Positions 13,201 through 23,328 of a DNA stretch of 44,444 bases are shown piece after piece. The DNA is from Octopus bimaculoides (Eukaryota), in contig NC_068983.1 of the NCBI RefSeq assembly GCF_001194135.2, positions 106,095,676 to 106,140,119 of the forward strand, written 5' to 3'. Under the pieces are notes generated by a model. The model was not told the origin of the DNA. It ran no database searches and saw only the letters and a list, made by a program, of their open reading frames with translations. A program made the position numbers and the translations under genes. Each line of letters begins with the position of its first letter. The stretch's first letter is position 1.

Positions 13201-13298
13201 AAAAAGTTGGTGAGATACTTGGAAAGAATTTGTCTGCCATACTTAAAGAAGAAGAATTGTTAGACAAGAAAAAGAAAGCTGTGGGTTTTTTAAAATAA
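1152..13298 (+). CDS. EXOSC7: Exosome complex component RRP42, 5'-partial; join(1152..1317,5140..5210,5791..5914,9581..9639,12097..12193,13194..13298)
   Basis: Six exons with GT-AG boundaries and compatible phases splice into one frame: SANATPEFEGRGGEVLATEIS...LDLKSLCVIPNSQCWILYVDIL/LLECGGNLFDAVSVAVKAALFNTR/IPNV...ISDDPYD...CLVTLSK/IGYFHVVDASPKEEACCLAR/LIMGVTESG...GSLDPESIYDMME/TGKKVG...AVGFLK*. This is collinear with human RRP42 (ATPEFEGRGG, ECGGNLFDA, SDDPYD, GSLDPESI, C-terminal VGFL) as I recall it. Confidence 0.96.
1501..1765 (-). mobile_element. Degraded retroposon 3' end (same family as 2663-2986 and 3443-3759) with three 26-27 bp tandem units at 1681-1759
   Basis: Starts with (ATC)n, then a diverged match to tttccatgctagcatgg...gtttctacagctggatg...gtagtgggtgctttta. 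Unit is cagcaccagtgcttttyatgtggcac x3. Confidence 0.55.
2084..2463 (+). mobile_element. Full-length tRNA-derived SINE, family C
   Basis: A box tggcccagtgg and B box ggtttcgattccc. Perfect 12-bp TSD ACGTGTGACATC at 2072-2083 and 2464-2475. Confidence 0.88.
2663..2986 (-). mobile_element. LINE/SINE 3'-end fragment with (GAT)n tail; left arm of an inverted pair (element may extend towards ~3360)
   Basis: About 95% identical by hand alignment to the reverse complement of 3443-3759. Tail motif ggcgttaggaagggcatccagctgtagaaa...catgctagcatggaaagcgg resembles RTE-type 3' ends. Confidence 0.8.
3443..3759 (+). mobile_element. LINE/SINE 3'-end fragment with (GAT)n tail; right arm of the inverted pair
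   Basis: Ends ...gcggacgttaaac(GAT)8 and is inverted relative to 2663-2986. Confidence 0.8.
3845..4124 (-). mobile_element. Diverged SINE family A copy, internally deleted
   Basis: Reverse complement starts ggtgcaggc and contains gactgaccaag, tgtttgccctccaccac and gcagtgctccagcatggcc, as in 10238-10602. Confidence 0.6.
5140..5210 (+). CDS. EXOSC7: EXOSC7 exon (LLECGGNLFDAVSVAVKAALFNT-R)
   Basis: Acceptor tccttccag, donor GTAAAT. 71 nt. Confidence 0.95.
5791..5914 (+). CDS. EXOSC7: EXOSC7 exon (IPNVSVLKG...SDDPYDVK...CLVTLSK)
   Basis: Acceptor tttgtttcag, donor GTCGGT. 124 nt; the phase matches the next exon. Confidence 0.93.
6478..7991. mobile_element. Non-autonomous DNA transposon with ~27-bp TIRs and 8-bp TSD (Merlin-like)
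   Basis: Left TIR GGATCTAGTTTTTTCATTCGTAAAAT (6478-6503). Right TIR reverse complement GGATCTAGTCTTTCTCATTCGTAAAAT (7965-7991). TSD GATTTGGT / GATTTGCT. No ORF. The superfamily call is inferred from the GG termini plus the 8-bp TSD. Confidence 0.75.
6807..7037 (+). mobile_element. Full-length tRNA-derived SINE, family B (tail ...ctatgtttagccccttgtgggcaataaagaaat)
   Basis: A-box-like tggcagaatcg and B-box-like gagttcaaattcc. Perfect 16-bp TSD AGAAATACCTAATAAA at 6791-6806 and 7038-7053. Confidence 0.9.
9044..9263. mobile_element. piggyBac-type MITE (220 bp)
   Basis: TTAA on both sides (9040-9043, 9264-9267). Perfect 14-bp TIR CCCTTTAGCATTCA / TGAATGCTAAAGGG. Confidence 0.88.
9305..9455 (+). 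mobile_element. SINE family A 3' fragment
   Basis: Contains ggttggcaaaaggaagggcatcttgctgtagaaa...gcaagcatggaaaagtggacatt and a gatgat tail. Ends are approximate. Confidence 0.55.
9581..9639 (+). CDS. EXOSC7: EXOSC7 exon (IGYFHVVDASPKEEACCLA-R)
   Basis: Acceptor gtattttcag, donor GTTATT. 59 nt; matches the human IGYRHVVDA...EEAC segment. Confidence 0.92.
9769..10147 (+). mobile_element. Diverged SINE family A, (GAT)n-tail type
   Basis: Head ggtgcaggtgtggctgtg, body aaactgaaagaagccc, internal (TG)n, tail gcatagaaaagtgg...gatgat. Confidence 0.65.
10161..10233. repeat. (TG)n/(TA)n compound microsatellite
   Basis: (TG)20 followed by TATG/TA repeats. Confidence 0.95.
10238..10602 (+). mobile_element. 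SINE family A, alternative tail type (...gtcaaaatgacaaataagtaaaag)
   Basis: Head ggcactggcatggctgtgtagtaag with B-box-like gagttcagtccc. Same body as 22957-23288 and 44163-44360. Confidence 0.75.
11281..11655 (+). mobile_element. Diverged SINE family A, (GAT)n-tail type
   Basis: Contains caaccacatggtttcaagttcagtcc, aaagccttgtgagtggatttgatagatggaaactg and ggtgacaggaagggcat. Confidence 0.65.
12097..12193 (+). CDS. EXOSC7: EXOSC7 exon (LIMGVTESG...GSLDPESIYDMME)
   Basis: Acceptor ttattctag, donor GTAAGA. 97 nt. Confidence 0.95.
13194..13298 (+). CDS. EXOSC7: EXOSC7 last coding exon (TGKKVG...KAVGFLK*)
   Basis: Acceptor ttttttatttcag, 35 codons ending TAA at 13296-13298. Confidence 0.95.
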   Translation, partial: TGKKVGEILGKNLSAILKEEELLDKKKKAVGFLK

Positions 13299-13433
13299 TT
13301 TTACTGTACATCAAGCTTTGTTCTTTTATAAAAAAATGAAATACATGGGTTAAAAAAAAAAAAACTGTTGTGATTTGTTTTCTATAAGAAATGATGTCTC
13401 ATTTACAGTAGAACATTCCTGTTGCTCTGCAAC

Positions 13434-13439
13434 AATAAA
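13434..13439 (+). promoter_or_regulatory. Candidate EXOSC7 polyadenylation signal AATAAA
   Basis: First AATAAA I found downstream of the stop (~135 nt), followed by T/GT-rich sequence. Usage is untested. Confidence 0.4.
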
Positions 13440-15252
13440 TGTTCTCCCACCTAAGCATCAGGTTTGTTCATAAAATATTTGATAAGTTCTGTAGTTTTAA
13501 TATTAGTGCCAGACTCTCAATGTTCTGCATGTTAGTAAATAATCATTTCATTTAAGCCATTTTATATACTTAAGTTCGTTTGTTTGTTTTGTAATCAGTA
13601 TTGGTAGAAAAACATATTAATGTTTTACAAACAAAAGATGAGGTTAAGTTTTCTCATCAGTACTTCTTTTATCTGCCTCTCAAATTTTTGTTCTTGTATA
13701 TGATTGATTCTATCTAGTACTTTTTGGGTAAGAACCTATCATATAATAATTAGGTTTTTAGTTGGATGGCTTTTTATTGCTAGTCATTGTAAATGAAGTC
13801 AAGGTAAAACTTGCTGTATTTACCTGTCTTCAAATTAAGATATATTGAGAAAACCTGGTGATTTTATGGGATGCTCTTGTTAATACTTTGCACTTAAGAA
13901 TTAAATGAAAACTTGGTAAATGGCAGCTTTAATGTCCTTTATATATAGATACAACACAACATTTATGAGTGTGGCATGGAAAAAAAAAATCTGTTACTTT
14001 TAACAGTAGCAATTAGAAAATAACTTCCACACACACTCAACAAACATAATACTCCAATGTTTCCAGTGAATCCCATTGAAAAAGATTAGTATATCACCTT
14101 TGAAGTATGTGTTTTTACTTAAATATCTTACTCCAGATAAACTGTAATGCTGGCAAGTTTTAAAGAAAATACTTACTTAAACCAAAGTTCTTTAATAACC
14201 TGAGTCTTTTCTTAACCAATCATTAGCTGTCATTTGAGACTGAACCAATTGTCTGAGTTCAAAAGATAAAACAAGTTGACTATATACTAGCAGCTTGCTT
14301 TTTTTTTTTTTTTTTTTTTTTTCTTTTAATAAATCCCTTTAGTTTTCCTACTATAATTCAATTTCATGATTTATCTTATAATAAGGGTTATTACATGATA
14401 AGACTGTTAAAGCAACTATTTGAAAGAACAATCATGCCCTAACCACATAAAGTAGTTGTCTCTCTTTGTCTACTATGATTGTTGGTGACAAATGATTTCT
14501 ATCTAATTAAACAAATACACTTTTTCTCTATTCTGCTCTTCAACAACTTATTGAGATGAGAAGCAGACGTATTCTGCAGTGCGATGAAATGTTTAAATGC
14601 AAGTAAATCTTCCATTTTACACTTTCCTTTTACATTTCTTTATGTTCCATAAATGTCACAAATGGATGGTTTGACAGGATGAAATTTTGTTCAAAAAAGC
14701 TTCAAAATAGGTTTCTCTTTTATTTATACAACTTAAGGCATGTCTTCCAATATTTAGTGACATTATACAAGAAAAATGTAAATAAGTTTAAGTAACTTGT
14801 AAAATTGTAATTTAACCAACTTGATTTCCTTTGTTTGATTGAAATAATATATAATGCAGTTTACATTTAAAGAAGCAAGCTTGCATAGTAAATGCATCAA
14901 TATTGAATTACCAAAGATAAAGAGGTGGGGCAAGTGCAAGGTTAAAGTTGATTTACCTTACATTTGGTACTCTTGGGAAAAGGCATATAAAAGATCATCT
15001 TCAAAAGGATAGAAATTCTTTGTTTTATAGTGTCAAAATAAAGGAATTAAAAAAAAAGTTTTATAAAAATGAAACTAGTTATGAAATGTTGAGGAAAGAC
15101 AAATGGAATTGCTGCTCAAATACACCTGATTGATACAAAAAGGATATGCTGCAAATGCAGACACAACCCAGGCCTGATGATACTTTGCTTTATTGTTTTG
15201 GTGATATGTAAATGTTAGTGGACACAAATACAAATGTCTTATTTGTTTTGAT

Positions 15253-16962
15253 TTAGAAAACTGTGTTGGATTCGAAAGCACAAGAGTTACTATCCAGTTC
15301 TCCACAACCTTTGCCAAGTTCAGTCTCAGAAGTGCTTAGGGTGATGATGGATGAAAAACTGCTGGAAAGAGATGATGATGAAGAGCAAGAAGCTGCTTGT
15401 ACTAGTTGCTTTTGGTAACAACTGGAAATGAGATTTTGACTATCAGAATTTCCTGAAAATGATTCTTTTTCAATGGACAGTTTGAGTTTATTATACTCCC
15501 AATTAACAGACTTGCAGTCACATGAAGCAACATCACACTTCTCATCTTGCAGATTGTCAAAGACAGTTCCTTCTTCTGAATCACTTAAGACTACTGGTAT
15601 CTGAATGAAATCATCATCATCATCATCAGAAATCAGTACAAAACATGAACAGTCATTACAGTCACAGCTAACTAAAGGATCAACATTAGAGTTTTCTTTG
15701 TTGAAATAATTACGGCTTTGTTTAGCTTTGGAAATCAGTGACATTGCAGAGTTACCAACCATCTCCTCAGAGATGTCAGATATTTGACCAGTTTCTCTAC
15801 TTATATCAAGATAGCTACTGGACGGGCTCGTTAAATCAATTTCAACCATATTGCCACTATTCATAGTTAAGTCAACAAGCTTAGTTCTCTTATGGGGAAC
15901 ATTTTCACAGATTTTCCTTGGCACAGTCCATGGTGCAGCAAGGTCACTTTTCATGTCAGAACGCAGTCTTCTGCGACTCTGGTGTTTGGATGGTGAAGCC
16001 GAAGATGCACCAGCCTTACCACGCCTACGTAGAACATAGGGGACATTCATTTGGCTTTTGGAGTTCTTTTCCAAACCACTTTTAGCACATTTAGAATTAT
16101 TAACACAGAGCTTTGTCTGGTTTTTGATGTCAACAAGCACATCAGCTTCAGAATTTTTTTGTTTTCTGTGTTTCTGGAATGCTTTATTAAATTTTGGAGT
16201 GAGGTCTAATGAAGAGTTTGAATGTTGCAATGAAGATCCACCTTCACATTCTTTGTTTATTACACCTGAACAAGTTGCTACAGGGCTTCCTGGAGTAGAA
16301 ATTTGAGGATTATTGCAGTTAGACACAGTGCCAGATTGTAATGCTTCAGCCAGTGTAAGGGTAGCAGGCTTTTTCTTCTTGTTCCGTTTAAACATACCTC
16401 GTTTCCAAAAATTTCTCCGACTAATTTTCACTCCAGGTTTTCTATAAGTTACTGGAGAGATATCATTACTGTTATTGTTGTTATTATTAGCATTCTGACT
16501 GTCACTATTATCATCTCTGACATCTGTGTTACTGTTTAGAGTGGTTGAACGTTTTACAGGCAGCTTACGGCTTACACATTCACTTGGACATAGTTTTTGG
16601 TTTGACTTGCTTGCTGGCATGTCGACAGAATAGTCAGCTTGTTTAGGTGAACATTTTTTTTTTTTACGTTCTTTTCGCAGTTCACAGTCTATAGCCTCAC
16701 AAGGAGGACATGACCATCGGGTGGGCCGAGAGAGGGACTTGTTTGAGATACAGCCTACATGGCATCCTTGAGAACCACACCAATGGCACACGATAATTTC
16801 CCATTTGCTGTCATCTTTGTTGTACTTTCGACCCCGTGGACACAAACAAACATCAAGGTCACAATGAGTGTATGGCTCCAGCAGCTCTTGGTAGGCATGG
16901 GGCTCCATTTCCCAAGCAGCATCTTGCTCAGGAATATAGATTCCAATTTGTAACATCTCTGC
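15253..16962 (-). CDS. G2E3: G2E3/PHF7-like exon 3 (third zinc finger plus ~470-aa low-complexity tail)
   Basis: Acceptor ttcttgcag before 16962. 1710-nt open frame ending TAA at 15253-15255. Confidence 0.93.
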   Translation of the reverse strand, partial: AEMLQIGIYIPEQDAAWEMEPHAYQELLEPYTHCDLDVCLCPRGRKYNKDDSKWEIIVCHWCGSQGCHVGCISNKSLSRPTRWSCPPCEAIDCELRKERKKKKCSPKQADYSVDMPASKSNQKLCPSECVSRKLPVKRSTTLNSNTDVRDDNSDSQNANNNNNNSNDISPVTYRKPGVKISRRNFWKRGMFKRNKKKKPATLTLAEALQSGTVSNCNNPQISTPGSPVATCSGVINKECEGGSSLQHSNSSLDLTPKFNKAFQKHRKQKNSEADVLVDIKNQTKLCVNNSKCAKSGLEKNSKSQMNVPYVLRRRGKAGASSASPSKHQSRRRLRSDMKSDLAAPWTVPRKICENVPHKRTKLVDLTMNSGNMVEIDLTSPSSSYLDISRETGQISDISEEMVGNSAMSLISKAKQSRNYFNKENSNVDPLVSCDCNDCSCFVLISDDDDDDFIQIPVVLSDSEEGTVFDNLQDEKCDVASCDCKSVNWEYNKLKLSIEKESFSGNSDSQNLISSCYQKQLVQAASCSSSSSLSSSFSSIITLSTSETELGKGCGELDSNSCAFESNTVF

Positions 16963-19900
16963 CTGCAAGAAAAAAGAAATAATGCTTGGTGAAAAATAGA
17001 AACAAATTTAAAAAGCTGAAGTTTGAGAAGAAAAAGAAAGTAATTGCAAACAACTTGACCCTGAAGGGATGAAAGGCAAAACTGATCTTGGCAGAATTTG
17101 AAGTCAAAACGTAAAGACAGACAAAATGCTGCAGTAATGAATTTGCCAACTTGCCATCTTTGGTTTAATATATATTGAAAATCAAACATTAACTGCATCA
17201 AATTTTGGGCTGTTCTCTCAAGTAAACTTTCTATGTCTATATTGCAAAAGTATTCAAAGTATTTAGTTCAAATTCTGGAGTCAAACTTTGCTTTTTATCC
17301 TTCATTAGGGATTGTGTCAAAGTTAGAAATTAATTATTATTATTATTATACAGTTTGGTAAAATCAGTGGAATTGGTATGTGTAGTATGTTTATGTACAG
17401 AATTATCTATGCAGTCCATGGTGTTTTATGTAGTTAGAGTGGTGTCCATAGATATTTAAGTGTTTAATTCCTTCAGAAAAATAAAGCAGAAGTTTGGTAA
17501 AGGAAATAATTTATGAACAAATTTTTTATCATATGTGGTTATATGAAATTTTAAGCTTGTATTTGCATGGACTTATTCAGAGAATTAGCTGCAGAAATTT
17601 GTTTTGTTTAGAAAGTACTTTCTTTGTTACATGTGTGCACATAAATTATAATTATTCTAAAAAAAAAAGTAAAAAGAAAAAAACTTATTGGAAATACTTA
17701 CAAATCTATCTAGTCAATAATGGAATCCTCTGTAGGAATAAGGAAAATCTAAAAGTTGAAAAAGAAAGGTAGAAATAATAAAATGGTAGCATACCTGAAA
17801 TAGTTCTTTATTACAACATAGAGGGCATTTGAAGAAGTGTAATCCAGCAGCTAATGCTTGACGTTGGATACATGTACGATGGAACCAGGTGTTCTTGCAG
17901 CATGGTGCTCGCAGTGTGTCATTGGAGGCACGAGCTTCTACAGCATTCATGCAGATTACACACATACTGTTGGCAGTTCCAAAGAAGGATAAGCGGTCAC
18001 TCACTTGGCATGCTTGTCGAGGTCTGTGGCTGGGACAGAATGAACTATAGGAGTCAAAATATTGGTTCAAAGCACCAGCTTTTTGGCCACATCCAAAATG
18101 GAAGACTTTACTGTAAAGATAAAAAGAGAGAAACAACTTACTAGTAAGACTTTCACAAATGGAAGATTTCAATAAAATCTAAGCCAACAGACAGCAAGGA
18201 CAGTGCTGCCACTATCATTTTTGTTTTCATGCTTTCTTGGGTTAGATGGAATTCACTGGTGCAGGTTTTCCATAGTTGGATGCCCTTTTTGTTGCTAACC
18301 TGCAACCATTCCCAAGTCAGGTGATATTTCCCATTGGCCAGACATATTTTCAAGAAAAACTAGAAATGTGATGTCAAGAGAAGGAGACACAAACACACAT
18401 CATATCATTGGCTTTTTTCCAGTTTCCACCTCCCAAACCCATTAACAAGGCTTTGGTCTGCTGGATAAATTCAAAAACCATGTGGTTGAGAAGGAGAGAG
18501 ATATTATACCTTTGTTTTATGTGCTTATATCAGTTTAGGAGAAAATATACAACATGAGCAAGAATCAAATGATTTTTGCAAACCACAAAAGTAAAATGAA
18601 CAATAAATATTATCTCAAAGCTTCTCATATCACAGAAGTCTAAAAATAATTCAATTTTAGAGGGATATCCACATCAAAATAAAAAAGAAAATATGTAAAT
18701 AGAGGAACTATATATAACTTGCTCAAGTCATTTAAGTTTAAGAAGAGAAAAGGCAAAGAAAATTATTTTCTATATATTTAGTACCTGGGCAATGTCAAGT
18801 ACCATTATAAGTCAGTAATAATTTTTATACTAAAACTATATCCTCTCATGTCATTCTAAGATCTAGTAGTTAAGTGCTATATACTTTTCTGAGGAAGTCT
18901 AAAAAAAACAAACAAAAAAAAACTGAAACATGCCTAAGTGTTTTTTTGTTTTTTTTTTGTCATCTTATTGGAAGAAATTACAGAGAGCTGACATTCAAGA
19001 GGAGACAGACTGGGTATAGTAGTAAACGTGGGGCTTGGAACAGGATACAAAACAAAGAAAAATGAATGAGCTAGCAGGGACTGAATCAAGATGCTAAACG
19101 ACTAGCAGTTGGAGTGCATTAGCAATCAGATTTACTTTACTATTAAATTGAATTTCAGAGTTCTCTTCCCTGCATTTCTTAAGAAAAATTGTCATTAACG
19201 TACACTACAGGGGTGTAATTTCAATTAATTAAATATTCTACTTTGGATTACCATATCAAATGTTAGCCTTCATTTACGCTCTCTCTCTGATTAAACGAAT
19301 AAAACTGAGGAACAAATCCAGTTAGTTTTATTCAAAGGTTATCATACTCACAAATGTTGAGATATCCTCATTAACTAGTCAGTATATCCCGAATGCCACC
19401 CTGCCAGGGATGTCAAAGTCATGGGACTGCAGCATGATGGATTGTGAAGTGGTAGTAGAAGAGCTCAACTGAGCCAACAGTGTTTCTTACATTGATGCTG
19501 AGGTGAAGGAATCCTAGAAGATCAACAGTCAGGATCATCAAGCTCTATCAAGGAGAGAGTAACTGCAATGCATCCATGGTTGTGTAATCAACTAATGGAA
19601 AATTCACTATGACTGAATTCAAATTGGCCTGCATCTTCGTTTCTCTGCATGCAGGACAAAGTGGCCATTAAATCAAATGAGGGATTCATATTATGAAATA
19701 CCTTTTTTTTTTTCTTTTGATGACACCTAATGAAGTGCTTTTGGCCTTCCCAACAACATATTTGTCATTAAATCAAATAGAAGTTTTATGATCTGATCCA
19801 TTGAAGTAATATATATTTTTTTCATTTGACTGCAATTCTTCTTCATTCTTCATCAGAATGGAGAACTGCAATATTAATTTAGTTTCATAAATTATTTCAA

Positions 19901-22900
19901 TTATTCATCATCATTATTTTAACATGCACTTTTCCATACCATGAAAGTATAATGGCAAAAATTACTGGATGACAAATAAAAATGGAGAGGAATTGAAGAA
20001 ACCAGGGATCACAAGAGAAGGAATGTAATTTCAGACTCTGAGAATCACTGCTTTAAACAGATTTTCACAAGGTTTATTTAATTTTTAATACTGTGATATC
20101 ACTTTGTTATACTTTATCATTCACATGCTATTCTAAAATTAATGCTATATATTGTCTTTGTTTTTAACATATATTTCCAATGAAACAGCATATTGAAAAA
20201 TGTAACACAGTGAATAGAAATAAAACTTTAGGCATTACACAGATCTTTATTATGTAAGTATAAAGAAAATCAGATCTACAGTGGAAATGAGATTATATCA
20301 CTGATGTAAATTTTAAATTATGAACCTTGGCAATGCTCTGAGTACTTGCTACTAGTTATTACTATATTATAATGTCTGTCTCAAGCCTTTGGGCCCAACT
20401 GGCTGGAGATGTTTCTGGTTCTTGTGAAGTTTAAGCAACTAAGGGTGTAAGACACCCCACTAAATAAAATTTAAATCAATTGCAGAAATAATTGCACCCC
20501 CAGTTGTTGCTAGTACTCATTTACAATTAAGTAGACTGAAGCAAAGTGAAATAATGTGCTTTGTTCAAGGACACAATGCACTGCCTAGTTTGAGAATTGA
20601 ACCTATGACCTAACAATCATGAGTCCAACACTCAAAGCATCATGCCACATTCCTTCACATATTACTACTATGCTATAACTACATTAAAATTGTAACTCCA
20701 TTTTTATTATGCTTTCAGGTCTAATGTGAAGGTGTGTGGCATAGTAGTGAGAGTGTTGCACTCATGTTCATGAGATTGTGGTTTTGATTCTCAGATCAGG
20801 CTATGCATTGAGTTCTTGAACAAAACACTTTATTTCATGTTGCTCCTGTCCACTCAGCTATAAATCAGTTTCAGTAATAGTTGGGAAGCTAATCATGTGA
20901 TGGACTACTGCCCCATTCAGCAGGGTGTGTTATAATGTCATTCACTTATATGTCTTATATTTCTCCTCAGCAATATTAACCAATAAAGTGAGCTAAACCT
21001 GCTACACTCAATATCATAAAGGGATAAAAACACTTCATCTAATACAACAATGGCATTCAAAACAATTAACATTATCAACAGCTCTAACAAAGATCATATC
21101 ACATCAAATAACATACTTTCATTAAAAACAAGCATTCTTCACCATAATCATACAATTAAAATGTGAATCAGAAAACATTTACACATTTTAGGAAATCAGA
21201 GTGCTCACAATACTCTCTACATTTCACTTAATATTTCACTGATTCAATGACTAAGCAGTTGCCACTCAAGATCTATGATAAAGTATTAATATAAAAGAAT
21301 AAACTGATTCTGTATGAAGGTTCACTGCCATGAAAGATAAGGACAGATGCCTGCAACTGGGTTAATGTGTTCAATTACTTATTATAAACTTTTTTTTTTA
21401 ATTATGCAGACAAGCAGAAAATTGACCATGGGGAGGTTTTCTGTTAGTTCCTAAATGATATTTACACACTTGAATAAATTTCGAATAATAAAAGCATTCA
21501 AAAACAGCATTACAATTTATGAAGGAATCCAGTATTATGTTGACTGAACATATGCCATGTTAATCTCTCTCTTTTAAACAAACTCAAAGGTAGTCCACCT
21601 TCTATGTGGTTGTTTATCATCATCACAGGCCACATGAGTATACTCTAAGGCCTATAGCATACCAACAAATTCACCTCTGATAATCTTTTTTTTTTTATTT
21701 CAAATTATGCTTGTATCTCTGGAAAATTTTATTTTATTAAAAAATATTTATTTCACAAATTCCAGAAGGGAAAGGATGGAATAGTCCTAAAAAGTAATAT
21801 TTTTTTCCCAACATAATTGTAACTTACATCATACAAGACATGAAAATTATGAGGAAACTAAGTCAAAGTGTGTAAATTATTCAAAACTCTTCCCTTTCAC
21901 CCTATCTTTGAAAACTTTTTCACAACAAATTCCAATATAATTGTAATCTACACCATCTGAAACATACTTGTAGAAAATGTCATTAAACATGTTCACTTTG
22001 CAGAAAGTTATGAGGAAACAAAATCAGGCGGAAATATTTTAGGAAAGAAAACAATGCAAGTTTATATTAGTGTAACTGATGTAATTTAAGCCCATCTTTC
22101 TTATTCAGCTTCCTATTTCTTCAACAAAACCAAATATGAAAGGTTACAGAAATCAACATCATTTTGCAGATGTTAGATTAAACTTATAATTTGGAGAAAT
22201 ATTTTTACTGATATGTTTGTAGAAAGTAGCATTGCAAATATTTAGGTAACCTATATATTTCCAGAAGAAGTATAAACAAAGGCATTTAAAAATGCTATCT
22301 TACAATGCAAGATAACTATATTACAGTGAATAAAAAATAGTTCCGTGACTGAACCATGTTGTTCAAATCTTCCTCAAAAGAACCTTGAAAACCACATTTT
22401 GATAAAAATTTATTAAATTTGGAATTTATAAGAATTTTCTAGACAGTGTAGATTTTAATAATTGCTTTCTTTATTATAGCATATAGATATTTAATTATCA
22501 GCTCATCAGGTGTGAGCTCCATTCATATATAGCTGTTTACCTATTAATAGAGAATAGCTAGAGAAAACCACATTCAACAAATTAATATTCTGGCCAAGGT
22601 GAGACTTGTCTCCCAATAATTGAACACCACAGAGTCTGGAGATAAATACTTTAAGTCTCAATGAAATATTATAACCTTGCAGTTGAGTTGTTAATGTTCA
22701 GAAGATCAATCACATCTTAGTATATCTACACAAATTTTGTACGTCTTTCATAGCTAGATATAGAATAAGAATACTAAAAAGTGAACATTCATCTCCTTAA
22801 TGTTATCTAGGTAGTCATGAATCTGATTTTAAATTATGCCAAAAATAATTGTGCCTTTTACTCTTCATTGAGTAAAAGGCGCGATTTTGTCTTCATAGGT

Positions 22901-22919
22901 TGACAAAATAAGTACCAGT

Positions 22920-22957
<38 letters not shown>

Positions 22958-23281
22958 TGCATGGAACCTTGGGCAAGTGTCTTCTACTATAGCCTCGGGC
23001 TGACCAAAGCCTTGTGAGTGGATTTGATAGACGGAAACTGAAAGAAGCCCGTAGTGTATATATATTTATAGATATATATGTGTGTGTGTGTGTGTATGCT
23101 TGTGTCATTGTTTGTCCCTCCACCATTGCTTGACAACCGATGCTAGCGTGTTTACGTCCCCTTAGCGGTTCGGCAAAAGAGCGAGCATAGAATAAGTACT
23201 AAGCTTACAAAGAATAAGTCCTGGGGTCGATTTTTTTTCAACTAAAGCAGTGCTCCAGCATGGTCACAGTCAAATGACTGA

Positions 23282-23328
<47 letters not shown>

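Noticed and set aside
15402-16953. Plus-strand ORFs overlapping the G2E3-like last exon
   Set aside because: Short antisense shadows of a real CDS.
18783-18802. ACCTGGGCAATGTCAAGTA resembling the Helitron 3' hairpin at 103-120
   Set aside because: The stem no longer pairs, and no CTAG end or 5' TC end was found.
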